Source of the DNA: Bilabrum cf. latius
Taxonomy: Eukaryota
Length of the DNA: 64,000 nt
Reading direction: 5' to 3'
Assembly (NCBI GenBank): GCA_965178125.1
Contig: OZ237763.1
Coordinates: 496,001 to 560,000, forward strand
Shown here: in pieces, positions 1 to 12,237 of the stretch
How positions within the stretch are numbered: the first letter of the stretch is position 1
How the letters are laid out: each line of letters begins with the position of its first letter
Notes under the pieces: model-generated
What the model was told of the DNA's origin: nothing
The model's input: only the letters and a program-made list of their open reading frames with translations
The model's database searches: none
Made by a program: the position numbers and the translations under genes

Positions 1-2
1 GC

Positions 3-752
3 TAGGGTCTGTTGGTTGTCACCCTTCTGGTCGCGCTGGCAGGCGTGGCTGACGCTGACAGTGGTTTGGTGCAGGTGCTGGGTGGCTTCACAACCACGGC
101 ACACGTCGCTGTGGTTCTATTTGGTCTGTATGAGGTGGCGCTCATCGGCAGCATGGAGTTGGGGCTTTCAAACTCCTTGAGAACCTGCTAGGTTTTGAGC
201 GTGTGCAGCTCGTGCTACAAATGTTCTCTGTGCGGCGATGTTCCCGACGAATGCAAGAATCAAGAGGCAAGACAGTCTGATGAAACGTAGCGTGTGCCTG
301 GTCATCGAAACGGTCTTGGTGGTCCGAGACGACGTGCGGGAAACAGAGGGGGTGATGCTGGTGAAAGCGACTAGATTCAGTCAATGACTTCTAATCCTGT
401 GGCTGGTGGAAGGTACAGAAATCCGCTGAGATTGGGCGAAACGACAGTATCTCCTATAGTTGCGGTCTCATCAGGGCACGGACAGGATGCTCGCACTTCG
501 CGGGCTTCCGAACACAGTAGATCCGCTCGTGAGTGGGGTTCCGCTGGAGATATGGCCGCAAGCCAGACGGGTGAAACCGTGAACTCACTCTCCGCTTCTA
601 TTGGTCCACTCGACCCGCCCACTGCGTTAGGGAGCCGTGCAGATCGCGTCAGACTTGTAAACAGTGCTCGTGTGGGGTCACTGGCGCCAGACTCAAAGGG
701 CGTGAACCCAATGATCCGCGCTCTGGGCAAGTCCGCAGACCGTGAGTGTTGA
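3..752 (+). CDS. 3' end of a membrane protein (5' end outside the window), read with TAG=Gln
   Basis: Frame 3 has no TAA/TGA from position 3 to the TGA at 750-752 and carries four in-frame TAG. It begins with two hydrophobic segments (GLLVVTLLVALAGV; HVAVVLFGLYEVALIG) followed by a polar tail that includes ORF 384..752. Confidence 0.6.
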
Positions 753-1850
753 CTGCTGAGGCCCTCAAGTGGCCCCTGCCAGAGCCTGTGGAACTCTCTA
801 GGCACTGGGACTCCATGAGCTCTGCAGCGGCCTGGGTCCATCCGTGCGGACACATGTGTATTTTTCAGATAAGTCAAATGTATAATTTTCACAGCCACCT
901 GAGTATATTTCAGCAGGCTAGATTGCCGCTCAAGTTTTTTTGTGACCTCGCAACTTCCTCGTCCGTATGTGTGATCCGATCCCTGATCCGGTTCACTCGT
1001 CACCCACACGTCACCCGATCCCTGATCCGCTCCGGCGGACACACCGGGCAGGGCATCCCAACTGTGTGGCACGCTCTCTTTTGACGACCCACGTGAGATT
1101 GCGTGCCCCGCGACTTATTCAGGACATCTGGCGCGAGCAACAGCCACCTGCCCAGAGTGGAGGCAGCGCTGGTGCAGCCAAGGATGCACAGCCTCACATG
1201 GCAAGCGGGGAGCAATCGGAGATATCCTACCAGCTCAACATGCACGCGCCACCAGCGGCCATGCCTCGGGAAGGCTACAAGGCGACACCTCCATCACTCG
1301 ACGCTCATGATACCGAGTCGACGGTGCGCGTGGTCCAAGTCGATGACAATGCCCTCAGTCCGCTCGTCATCCCTCGGGCAGAATGCGGCAACACACGCAC
1401 CAACCCACGCCGCCCGGCTGGACGCAGACAAGCTGGCCCAGTCGGGACGCGTGCACTTGCTGGCCCAGTCGAGACGCGTGGGCTTGCTGGCGGCAGCTGA
1501 AGTCTTTGCGTGCAGCGGCAAGGACCACAGGGTGGTGATCGATGAGTTCTTGACCCGGTTTCCCGATCGGGGCCGCAGGGATCTGCCTCATCCGCAGGGG
1601 CCGCAACCCCGCTCGGTTCGCACGGGCTGCCAGACCAGAACTTGCGCAGCAGCGCCCTCGCGGGCTCCTTGCCCACAAAGCATCATCCTCCGCACGTTGC
1701 TGCCGCCAGGTAGTCGTTCTTGCCGCAAACTCCACCCGTGGGCCAAAGCCCCACGATGCCAGTGGAGAAGGTTCGCTGTGCCGTACTAGGTCGTTGTGGT
1801 TCGTTCACTCTTACGGGACTCAAGCACGCCATTACGAGCCGAGTCTAGGC

Positions 1851-4766
1851 ATGGATGAACCCCTCGCCCTACAGGACCATAGTACTTCCATGGAGGCTCG
1901 CAAGCGCGTCGCGCTAGCAACGGCTCACAGGCTACGCTCCATGGAGAACGAGCTTGATCGCATGCAACGCAGGATTCGGACGCCTCAGCAGCTCCTGCTG
2001 GACGAGAAGAAAGGCGGCCACGGACTGTTTCGTTTCTACTTGGAGCAGAACATTATATCTAAGCGCGTGGTTGCTCGAGAGCGGCCGCGGCTGGACGAGA
2101 TGAAGCGGCGGTTTGCATCGGTCCTCGAGTTTGCCGCACACGAGCATGCCCGCAACGCGCAGACGAGCGATTTGAACGGAGCAGCCGCGCTGCCAGACCA
2201 CGTGGCAGTTCGCGTGGACCGGAACGATGGGGATAGTACCGCGGCGGACGGTACGTCAGGCGGCCGCGCCATTGATGACAATCTGCTGGCAGGTGCTTGC
2301 GGCCCCGCCGAGCCGACACACCGAGAGGGCCAGACAGACCGCACGCCCGGATCACCGGGAGCCGTGTCGCGGCAGGCCTCCGAACTCGACGCGGGCGACG
2401 AAATCATGAGCATCGCCAGCGTGCGAGCAGTGACGATGCCCACGCCGGCCGACCTGTCCGCTGTCCCCGTCCGATCCCACCGGTCCGCCTCTGTCCCTGG
2501 CGGCGCGATCGTCGACCGGTCGGTCCAGGGTGTGGCAGGTGCGACAACGGCCGCGGGCGTGAGTCGAATGGACACGGTGGGCGAGCACGAGTCCGAGCGC
2601 GAGGACAGCCGGGCGCAGCCCTCTCCTCGAGCCTACCAGGGAACAGCACCCCAGGGAACAGCCTCCCAGGGAACAGCAGCGGCCGTTGTGGCCCTACCAC
2701 AGCCCGTTGACACCACGGGCGCACTCTCCCGGTCCAAGTCGGAGGCGGTCCCGCGCACCTCCAGCGCCGCCCTGGCTGCCTCGGTTGGGGTGAGCGCCTT
2801 GGGCACGCAAGGGCAAGGGCAGGGGCAGGGGCAGGGGCAGGGGGATGACACGGCCCGCTTAGGTTCCGCAGCCGCGGGCGCGGCGCCTCCGAGACGGGGC
2901 AGCGCCACCGCCGTGCTGGACGCGCCAGGGAACACGTGGACCAGGCAGGCCTCCACCGGTGCGATCGCCGCCGCCGCCGGTGGGGGGGCTGCTGCGGACG
3001 CCGATAGCGTGTGGGAGCGGTCTGTGAGGGCGGGTATGCGGAGGAGGAGGCAGCGGCAGCACGGCGGAACCACGGGCACCGGCGCCGCGCCGCCGCACCA
3101 GGGAACTGGCGCGGTGGCCGCCGTCACGGTGCCGACCGTTGTCAAACCCAAGCGGGACGCAGATGCGGGCAGCCGCCGATCCGGCAGCGGCAGCGGCAGG
3201 AGCAGGAAGGGTAGCGTGACCCACGAATCAGATGGCACCCCCCGAGAGAATGGAGAGCCCCGATCGGATTCGGACCAGGACGCCCTGCTGCTGGTGTCAG
3301 AGTTTGGCGCCCCCCTGCCCGTGGAGCACCTGAGCAGGGCTACGGGGGCGGAGGACGACGCTGACACGGAGGACGACGTGGTGGCCCGGCTGGTGCTCTT
3401 CTCGTTTCTGGGGAACACGGCGGGCTTCGTGCTGAAGCTGGCGGTGGCGTTCATCAGCTTCTCTCTCGCCATCGTGGGCAGCACGATCGACTCGTTCCTC
3501 GACATCATGGGCGGGCTGATCATATACATGTCCAGCCACGAGGCCAGGAAGATCCGCCCGCACAGCTTTCCCGTGGGCAGGGCGCGGGTGGAGCCGGTGG
3601 CCATCATCGTGCTGAGCGTGATCATGTCCATGGCCGCCCTGCTGCTGGTCCGCGAGGCTGTGGGCGTGCTGGCGGCCAGCACGGGGGAGGACCCCCCCGA
3701 GGCCGAGGTGGATCCCTGGGGCCTGGGCGTGCTCGGCCTGAACATCATCTACAAGGTGCTGATGGCGTGGTCCTGCGCGGCATACGCGGACGTGTCGCCC
3801 TCCATGAGTGCCCTGGCGCAGGACCACGTCAACGACTCACTCACCACCGCCTTCGCGCTCGTGGCCGTCGGTGTGACGAGTGCGGACGACCGCCTGTGGG
3901 TGGTCGACCCCATCTTTGCCATCCTGCTGGGCTGCTACATCGTGTACACTTGGTTTAACGAGGGCAAGGAGCAGGCGAGGAAACTCGTCGGCGAATCGGC
4001 CGAGCCCACGCTGCTGGCGGAGCTGCACCGCGTGGCGTATTTCCACGACCCCAGGTGCGAGCAGGTCGAATCCATCACGGCGTACCACGTTGGCACGAGG
4101 ATCATCGTGGAGATCGACCTCGTGCTGGACGAGGGCACCCCCCTCCACGAGGCGCACGACGTGGGGGAGGCGCTTTAGGTCAGGCTGGAGTCCTTCGCAG
4201 AGGTGGAGAGGGCGTACGTGCACCTGGACTACCACGCGGGGCATCCCCATAGCAGCATCGGCGAGGTGGGGGTCGGTGCGATCGGGGGAGCGGCGGAGGG
4301 GGATGCCGGCAGCGCGGCGGCGGGGTCTGGGTCTGGGTCTGGCAGGATTGGCAGCATCGGGGTGCTGAGGGGGAGAATCACGGGGCTTGGTGGGGGGGGC
4401 GGCTGCGAGGGCGAGGGCGGGTCGTCGGGGGAAGTGCTTGCTGGCGACATCGGGGGAACTAGCGGGAGCGGGAGCGGACTGGCTGGGGGTCTGGGGGCTC
4501 CCGGGACGGGGAGTCGGGAGGGTCTCGGCCTGGCCGCCGCCGGCGCGCTCGTGGCCTGCATGCTGCGTGCCGAGCACCGCGTCAAGGAGCCCGAGACTGG
4601 CCGGGGCCTGCTAGGAGACGACGGGGCCACCGTGGTGGAGGAGGAGGTGAGGAGAGCAGCGGCAGCTGCGGACGCGGCACAGGGGCAGCAGCAGGAGCTG
4701 CAGGAGCGGGAGCAGGAGCAGGAGCAGGCAGGCGGTGCTGCGGCTGTCATCGGCGGCGAGTCTTGA
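1851..4766 (+). CDS. Cation diffusion facilitator (Mn-CDF/MTP-like metal tolerance protein) with long disordered N-terminus
   Basis: TM motifs STIDSFLD, FPVGRARVEPV, ALAQDHVND, VDPIFAILL; C-terminal domain AYHVG..IIVEIDLVL...PLHEAHDVGEAL[TAG 4176-4178]VRLESFAEVERAYVHLDY. ORFs 1794..4178 and 4203..4766 share one frame; ends TGA. Start placed at the first in-frame ATG. Confidence 0.92.
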
Positions 4767-5431
4767 TGACGGCGCATTACCAAGTTGCGAGAGGTAAGCG
4801 GGGGTTTGCTCGCGTTTCAAGTGTGCCGCTCCGCGGGGCGAGCCCTGCTCGGCGAAATGCTAGCCGTGGAGCGTCGGGCGAGCGCGCGCCGCTGCAGTCA
4901 CCTGGCAGCGGAGACGGCGGCTTGCCGAGTGCGGGGTGGCGGGCTTGCGCATGGTAGTGCTGCTGCAGATACAAGTAGTTGGAGAGCTTGGCGGGCGCCG
5001 TTGGCGTGGATGCAAGCGAGCGACGCGACGTGGACGGTCGGTCGCCATCGAACACCTCGCTGCTGTGATGTGCTGCCGGGGAATGAATCAGACATAGATA
5101 CCTAATAGGCATAGCATTCTGGCGAACACAGCACTTCTTTATCTCGGCCAACTGGGCTGCCTGCCAGCCGCCGCCAGCAAACTTGGCAGCTTCTCGACGT
5201 CCAACTTTCAACCCAAAAGCATGCATAGTTTCGCACGAACAGCAAAGTACAAAACACTTGAGTAAATTGCTATTCGAAATCGTAGCGGCAATGGGTACAA
5301 ACTTAACGGACCTACTGCGGTCGAAACTCTCCTGCAGCCGAATTTAACCATCAGAACGGGCAAATAGCAATAAGATGTCTCACTATGATACCATACTTTT
5401 TGTATTCCCATATCCTTGGCCTCCGACATGA

Positions 5432-5503
5432 GGGCCGTTGGTCTAGTGGTATGATTCTCCTTTAGGGTAGGAGAAGTCCCGGGTTCAATTCCCGGATGGC
5501 CCC
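5432..5503 (+). tRNA. tRNA-Pro(AGG)
   Basis: GGGCCGT/ATGGCCC acceptor stem, TGGTCTAGTGG A-box, anticodon arm CTCCT-TTAGGGT-AGGAG, T arm CCGGG-TTCAATT-CCCGG, downstream T-tract (TTTCTTTTTT) as Pol III terminator. Confidence 0.95.
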
Positions 5504-7662
5504 TTGGTTTCTTTTTTCGCCTTTCGTTCTGTCGACCCCTCGGACCCACCGGGCCGGCACCGCCACCCCGGCCCACCCCCTCTCCCATGCAGCCCCCCTC
5601 GTCAATTCCCGGATGGCCCCTCTGGGAAAGTCCCACCTTTTTCCCTTCCTCGCTATGTCTCTTTCTTTTTTCGCCTTTCGTTCTGTCGACCCCTCGGACC
5701 CACCGGGCCGGCACCGCCACCCTGGACCACCTCCTCTCCCATGCTGCCCCCCTCGTCAATTCCCGGATGGCCCCTCTGGGAAAGTCCCACCTTTTTCCCC
5801 TCCTCGCCATGTCTCTTTCTTTTTTTGCCTTTCGTTCTGTCGACCCCTCGGACCCACCGGGCCGGCACCGCCACCCTGGCCCACCTCCTCTCCCATGCAG
5901 CCCCCCTCGTCAATTCCCGGATGGCCCCTCTGGGAAAGTCCCACCTTTTTCCCTTCCTCGCCATGTCTCTTTCTTTTTTTGCCTTTCGTTCTGTCGACCC
6001 CTCGGACCCACCGTGACGGCACCGCCACCCTGGCCCACCTCCTCTCCCATGCTGCCCCCCTCGTCAATTCCCGGATGGCCCCTCTGGGAAAGTCCCACCT
6101 TTTTCCCTTCCTCGCCATGTCTCTTTCTTTTTTTGCCTTTCGTTCTGTCGACCCCTCGGACCCACCGGGCCGGCACCACCACCCCGGCCCACCTCCTCTC
6201 CCATGCTGCCCCCCTCGTCAATTCCCGGATGGCCCCTCTGGGAAAGTCCCACCTTTTTCCCTTCCTCGCCATGTCTCTTTCTTTTTTCGCCTTTCGTTCT
6301 GTCGACCCCTCGGACCCACCGGGCCGGCACCGCCACCCTGGCCCACCTCCTCTCCCATGCAGCCCCCCTCGTCAATTCCCGGATGGCCCCTCTGGGAAAG
6401 TCCCACCTTTTTCCCTTCCTCGCCATGTCTCTTTCTTTTTTTGCCTTTCGTTCTGTCGACCCCTCGGACCCACCGGGCCGGCACCACCACCCCGGCCCAC
6501 CTCCTCTCCCATGCTGCCCCCCTCGTCAATTCCCGGATGGCCCCTCTGGGAAAGTCCCACCTTTTTCCCCTCCTCGCCATGTCTCTTTCTTTTTTCGCCT
6601 TTCGTTCTGTCGACCCCTCGGACCCACCGGGACGGCACCGCCACCCTGGACCACCTCCTCTCCCATGCTGCCCCCCTCGTCAATTCCCGGATGGCCCCTC
6701 TGGGAAAGTCCCACCTTTTTCCCTTCCTCGCCATGTCTCTTTCTTTTTTCGCCTTTCGTTCTGTCGACCCCTCGGACCCACCGGGACGGCACCGCCACCC
6801 TGGCCCACCCCCTCTCCCATGCTGCCCCCCTCGTCAATTCCCGGATGGCCCCTCTGGGAAAGGCCCACCTTTTTCCCCTCCTCGCCATGTCTCTTTCTTT
6901 TTTCGCCTTTCGTTCTGTCGACCCCTCGGACCCACCGGGCCGGCACCGCCACCCTGGCCCACCTCCTCTCCCATGCAGCCCCCCTCGTCAATTCCCGGAT
7001 GGCCCCTCTGGGAAAGTCCCACCTTTTTCCCTTCCTCGCCATGTCTCTTTCTTTTTTCGCCTTTCGTTCTGTCGACCCCTCGGACCCACCGGGACGGCAC
7101 CGCCACCCTGGCCCACCTCCTCTCCCATGCTGCCCCCCTCGTCAATTCCCGGATGGCCCCTCTGGGAAAGTCCCACCTTTTTCCCCTCCTCGCCATGTCT
7201 CTTTCTTTTTTCGCCTTTCGTTCTGTCGACCCCTCGGACCCACCGGGACGGCACCGCCACCCTGGCCCACCTCCTCTCCCATGCTGCCCCCCTCGTCAAT
7301 TCCCGGATGGCCCCTCTGGGAAAGGCCCACCTTTTTCCCCTCCTCGCCATGTCTCTTTCTTTTTTCGCCTTTCGTTCTGTCGACCCCTCGGACCCACCGG
7401 GCCGGCACCGCCACCCCGGCCCACCTCCTCTCCCATGCAGCCCCCCTCGTCAATTCCCGGATGGCCCCTCTGGGAAAGTCCCACCTTTTTCCCCTCCTCG
7501 CCATCTCTCTGTCTTTTTTTCTTTTTTCGCCTTTCGTTCTGTCGACCCCTCGGACCCACCGGGACGGCACCGCCACCCTGGCCCACCTCCTCTCCCATGC
7601 AGCACCCCACGGCCCCCCCCCCATGCCTCTCGTCAATTCCCGGATGGCCCCTCTGGGAAAGT
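5485..7662. repeat. 154-bp tandem repeat (satellite), about 14 units, each containing the tRNA-Pro 3' 19 nt
   Basis: TCAATTCCCGGATGGCCCC occurs at 5485 (in the tRNA), then at 5602, 5756, 5910 and onward every ~154 bp to 7450, and again at 7633. First unit 117 bp, last 183 bp. The + strand is strongly C/T-rich. Confidence 0.97.
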
Positions 7663-7863
7663 GCCACATGCGCATGTTAAATAGCATCGGGAATGGGATA
7701 TGGGTGTCAATACGCAAGGTTCATTCTGTACATCCGGATTGGTAGCCGCGCCACGGCACTGCGGCACTGCTCCAACCCACTTCAATGCTCCCAGATTCTG
7801 TGTGCATTGCTCAGGTGCAAGCGAAATCATCTGAGCAGTATCTCACCGAATACTATCATTGAC

Positions 7864-10800
7864 ATGGTATACTTGTATTAGGCTGTATGCGTTGCTAGTG
7901 TACTAATCGCAAATTGGTTTGCAGACGCCCAGTGTCCCCGAAACTCGGTGCAGATAGCACACACGGGCGGCGAGCTCAACACAAACACATCAAGCAATGC
8001 TAGTATCAGCAATGCGTGCATTTGTGGTTATGGATACTCTTGGTAGTTGTCGTCCGGTCAGACCGAATGTGTTGCGTGTAGTCCTGGATACATTTCAGAA
8101 CAGGCAAACGCAACTGAATGCACCGGATGCGAAGCAGGAATGTACTCTCATGGAGGTTCAATGGCATGCACGGGCTGTCCGGCCGGAACATTCTCGTATG
8201 ATTCGGCAACCAACTGCACGGACTGTCCTGCGGGCATGTTCTCGGGGGCCAACTCCAGCAGCTGCACACGATGTCCGGCGGGCACACGCTGGGACGCCGA
8301 CTCCAGCAGCTGCACGGGCTGTGCTCCAGGCAGGTTCTCGAACGGCACCACCGGCAGCTGCACGGACTGCCCTGCGGGCACGTTCTCAGGGGCCAACTCC
8401 AGCAGCTGCGCACGATGTCCGGCCGGGACCTTCTCGGATGCCTCGGCAATCAGCTGCGCGGACTGTCCTGCGGGCATGTTCTCGGGGGCCAACTCCAGCA
8501 GCTGCACACGATGTCCGGCGGGCACACGCTGGGACGCCGACTCCAGCAGCTGCACGGGCTGTGCTCCAGGCAGGTTCTCGAACGGCACCACCGGCAGCTG
8601 CACGGACTGCCCTGCGGGCACGTTCTCAGGGGCCAACTCCAGCAGCTGCGCACGATGTCCGGCCGGGACCTTCTCGGATGCCTCGGCAATCAGCTGCGCG
8701 GACTGTCCTGCGGGCATGTTCTCGGGGGCCAACTCCAGCAGCTGCACACGATGTCCGGCGGGCACACGCTGGGACGCCGACTCCAGCAGCTGCACGGGCT
8801 GTGCTCCAGGCAGGTTCTCGAACGGCACCACCGGCAGCTGCACGGACTGCCCTGCGGGCACGTTCTCAGGGGCCAACTCCAGCAGCTGCGCACGATGTCC
8901 GGCCGGGACCTTCTCGGATGCCTCGGCAATCAGCTGCGCGGACTGTCCTGCGGGCATGTTCTCGGGGGCCAACTCCAGCAGCTGCACACGATGTCCGGCG
9001 GGCACACGCTGGGACGCCGACTCCAGCAGCTGCACGGGCTGTGCTCCAGGCAGGTTCTCGAACGGCACCACCGGCAGCTGCACGGACTGTCCGGCGGGCA
9101 TGTTCTCGGGGGCCAACTCCAGCAGCTGCGCACGATGTCCGGCCGGGACCTTCTCGTATGCTTCGGCAATCAGCTGCGCGGACTGTCCTGCGGGCATGTT
9201 CTCGGGGGCCAACTCCAGCAGCTGCACACGATGTCCGGCGGGCACACGCTGGGACGCCGACTCCAGCAGCTGCACGGGCTGTGCTCCAGGCAGGTTCTCG
9301 AACGGCACCACCAGCAGCTGCACGGACTGTCCGGCGGGCACGTTCTCAGGGGCCAACTCCAGCAGCTGCGCACGATGCCCGGCGGGCACACGCTGGGACG
9401 CCGACTCCAACAGCTGCGCGGGCTGTGCGCCAGGCAGGTTCGCGAACGGCACCGCCAGCAGCTGCGCGGACTGTCCGGCGGGCACGTTCTCAGGGGCCAA
9501 CTCCAGCAGCTGCACGGGCTGTCCGGCCGGGACATTCTCGTATGCTTCGGCAATCAGCTGCGCGGACTGTCCGGCGGGCACGTTCTCAGGGGCCAACTCC
9601 AGCAGTTGCATACGATGTCCGGCCGGGACATTCTCGTATGCCTCGGCAATCAGCTGCGCGGACTGTCCGGCGGGCATGTTCTCGGGGGCCAACTCCAGCA
9701 GCTGCACACGATGCCCGGCGGGCACACGCTGGGACGCCGACTCCAACAGCTGCGCGGGCTGTGCGCCAGGCAGGTTCGCGAACGGCACCACCGGCAGCTG
9801 CACACGATGTCCCCCGGGCACGTTCTCAGGGGCCAACTCCAGCAGCTGCACACGATGCCCGGCGGGCACACGCTGGGACGCCGACTCCAACAGCTGCGCG
9901 GGCTGTGCGCCAGGCAGGTTCGCGAACGGCACCGCCAGCAGCTGCGCGGACTGTCCGGCGGGCATGTTCTCAGGGGCCAACTCCAGCAGCTGCACGGGCT
10001 GTCCGGCCGGGACATTCTCGTATGCTTCGGCAATCAGCTGCGCGGACTGTCCGGCGGGCACGTTCTCAGGGGCCAACTCCAGCAGTTGCATACGATGTCC
10101 GGCCGGGACATTCTCGTATGCTTCGGCAATCAGCTGCGCGGACTGTCCGGCGGGCACGTTGTCAGGGGCCAACTCCAGCAGCTGCACACGATGCCCGGCG
10201 GGCACACGCTGGGACGCCGACTCCAACAGCTGCGCGGGCTGTCCGGCCGGGTCAACGCCCAACCAAATGAAGTCTGGATGCGTGTCATGCTCTGCTGCGA
10301 CAGCTTCAGCTATGGGCACGCATCCATGCGTTGACGTCAATAGGCCAGACACTGTATGCGATAGTTTGATGCTCTGCTCAGGCCATGGGCGGTGCGACGT
10401 GGCGCAGTCTGCCAGTGGGGGTCTGCAGTGCACATGCGACGTAGGTCACGCTGGGGTGCGCTGTGACGCGTGCGCTGCTGGCTTCGCGCTCGACACCACC
10501 TCGAATCGATGCAGACTGTCGCCCTTGGGAACAGACGTAGGCGTTAAAGGCCCTTGCTATGTGTCTCGAGTTGTCCTACAGCTGCTCCTTGCTGTCGATT
10601 TCGATCAGGCCTACGTACCGGACCCAGGTGTCTTCGAGGCCTAGATCGCCGCTGATGTTGCCGGTGCTTTGGACATTGACGCGTCTCGGGTGCTGGTGCA
10701 TTCTGTGGGCCGCGGCAGCGTAGCAGCGCAGTTCAGCATCGTGCCGGCAGACACGGACACCGCCGCGGCCTACAACGACCTGGTGGACAGCCTTGGTGTG

Positions 10801-12237
10801 CAGGTCAACAATGCCAGCAGCCCGCTCCGATCCAGAGGTATTCTAATGTCGACCGCAATCCCCGGAAGCCTATCGGTCGTAGATGTCAAGGCTCCAGGTC
10901 TTGTCACACCAGGATGCACTGATCGCTCGGACGCTTCTTATGACTCTAGGCTGGAACTGCAGAGCGGATTGAAGGTCATGTGGAGCCTGACCGGCAGCGC
11001 CGACCTGCAGTACGGAACAGCTGTTGTGCCAAGGTCCGGCAATGGCACGACGAGCTAGTACCTTCACGCTCGGGTGGTGAACGATGCGTCGCAAGGGTGG
11101 TTCGCCATCGGCTTCAACCCGAACGACGCCACCATGCCGGGCACGCATGCCGTGGTGGCCACGCTGGGAGCCGCATCGGCCGCGGACTCGGTGCGAGAGT
11201 ACGATCTGAGTGGACGGTCGGGCTTCGGGACTGGCATCACGATGGATGCAGAACCCAGCTTGAGCAATACGAGGCTGTACGAGCGAAATGGCAGCTGGGT
11301 GATGGAGTTCACGCGGGCCCTAGACACGGGTGACTCGGGCGACCACGTGTTGCCTGTTCGCCGGTCCGAGGGGGAGCTGTTCATGCTCATGGCCAAGCAC
11401 AGGTCGGCCAGCAGCATCGAGGGTAGCGGGGCGCACAGCGTGACCGACCGTTCCGTAGTGAGCGTGGACTTGAGCACAGGTGCGGTGGAGGCTGTGGCAT
11501 TGGCTGGGATGATCGTGGCGCACGGTGTTATGATGGGCCTGGCATGGGCCGTGCTGGTGCCCACTGGAGTGATCGCGGCGAGGTTCTGCAAGCAACTGGG
11601 AGTCACACCAGCCCTACCTAAGGCCGGAACTATCACGTCTGTTGCAGGTGCCAGTTCTGCTTCCGAGCCCGGGAATACTGATGAAGCGGAAGCCTCCTGC
11701 TGCGCAGCGCCGGCCAGCGCGCCTTGCTGGTATCGATTGCACTAGATTGCACAAGGGCTGGCAGTGGTGCTGACCATAATCGCATTCGCGCTGATCGCAA
11801 CTCATGTGGGCAGCGACGAGCACTTCACCAGCGGTCACTCAATCGTGGGGATCATCGTGGTAGTGCTTGCCCTCATCCAGGGGGTCCTCGGGGCCATCCG
11901 TCCGCACAAGGGGGAGCCCAGCCGGCCCATGTGGGAGATCGCGCACAAGGGCTTCGGGTATATCGCCAGCGTGCTGGGGCTGCTCGCTGTGATCCTGGGT
12001 GCAAATTTGGTATCGGATAAGGCTGGTATTCCCAGCCGTGGATGGGTAGGCGTGGCGTGCACAACTGCGGCCCTGTGGATTGTGGCGTTCCTCGTGCTGT
12101 TTGTGCTGGAGCGGTCGGGTGCGCCCAACGAGGTTGCAGTAGATGAGGCGACCAGCATGGGCAGACGACATGACTCTTCGGTGGCACAGCCTGCTTCACA
12201 GGTTACTGGCGGCAGCAAGAGTGCGGAGCTGGCCTGA
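7864..12237 (+). CDS. Secretory-pathway membrane protein: signal peptide, CxxC Cys-rich repeats, EGF-like, DOMON, cytochrome b561 (CYBDOM-type ferric reductase-like), ~1457 aa
   Basis: Single frame with TAG at 7879, 8044, 10642, 11056, 11743 and TGA end. N-terminus MVYLY[Q]AVCVASVLIANWFADA/QCP; EGF-like CSGHGRC...CTCDVGHAGVRCDAC; DOMON GWFAIGFNP...MPG, MEFTRAL; b561 His motifs AHGVMMGLAW, WYRLH[Q]IAQ, HSIVG, WEIAHKGFG. Confidence 0.9.
8210..10250 (+). repeat. Intragenic higher-order repeat: 48-bp (16-aa CxxCPAGxFS) units grouped in 240-bp blocks
   Basis: Sequence lines at 8461, 8701 and 8941 are identical, as are 8281, 8521, 8761 and 9001 (240-bp period). After ~9300 the 48-bp subunits are reshuffled. 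Confidence 0.97.

Noticed and set aside
960-1850. Small ORF (about 1198-1500) and short repeats (GATCCCTGATCCG twice; a 27-bp duplication near 1432-1490)
   Set aside because: No recognisable domain or consistent frame; cannot be supported as a gene or element.
5432-5503. Suppressor tRNA for UAG
   Set aside because: The anticodon loop TTAGGGT gives AGG and the body matches eukaryotic tRNA-Pro.
5485-7662. CRISPR array, or protein-coding ORFs of 493-749 aa over the repeat
   Set aside because: Units are repeated over their full length with no unique spacers and no cas genes nearby. The ORFs are a by-product of a stop-free 154-bp unit cycling through frames.
7997-10433. Alternative-frame and antisense ORFs of 687-761 aa over the Cys-rich repeat
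   Set aside because: Shadows of the in-frame repeat; only frame 1 links to the signal peptide and downstream domains.
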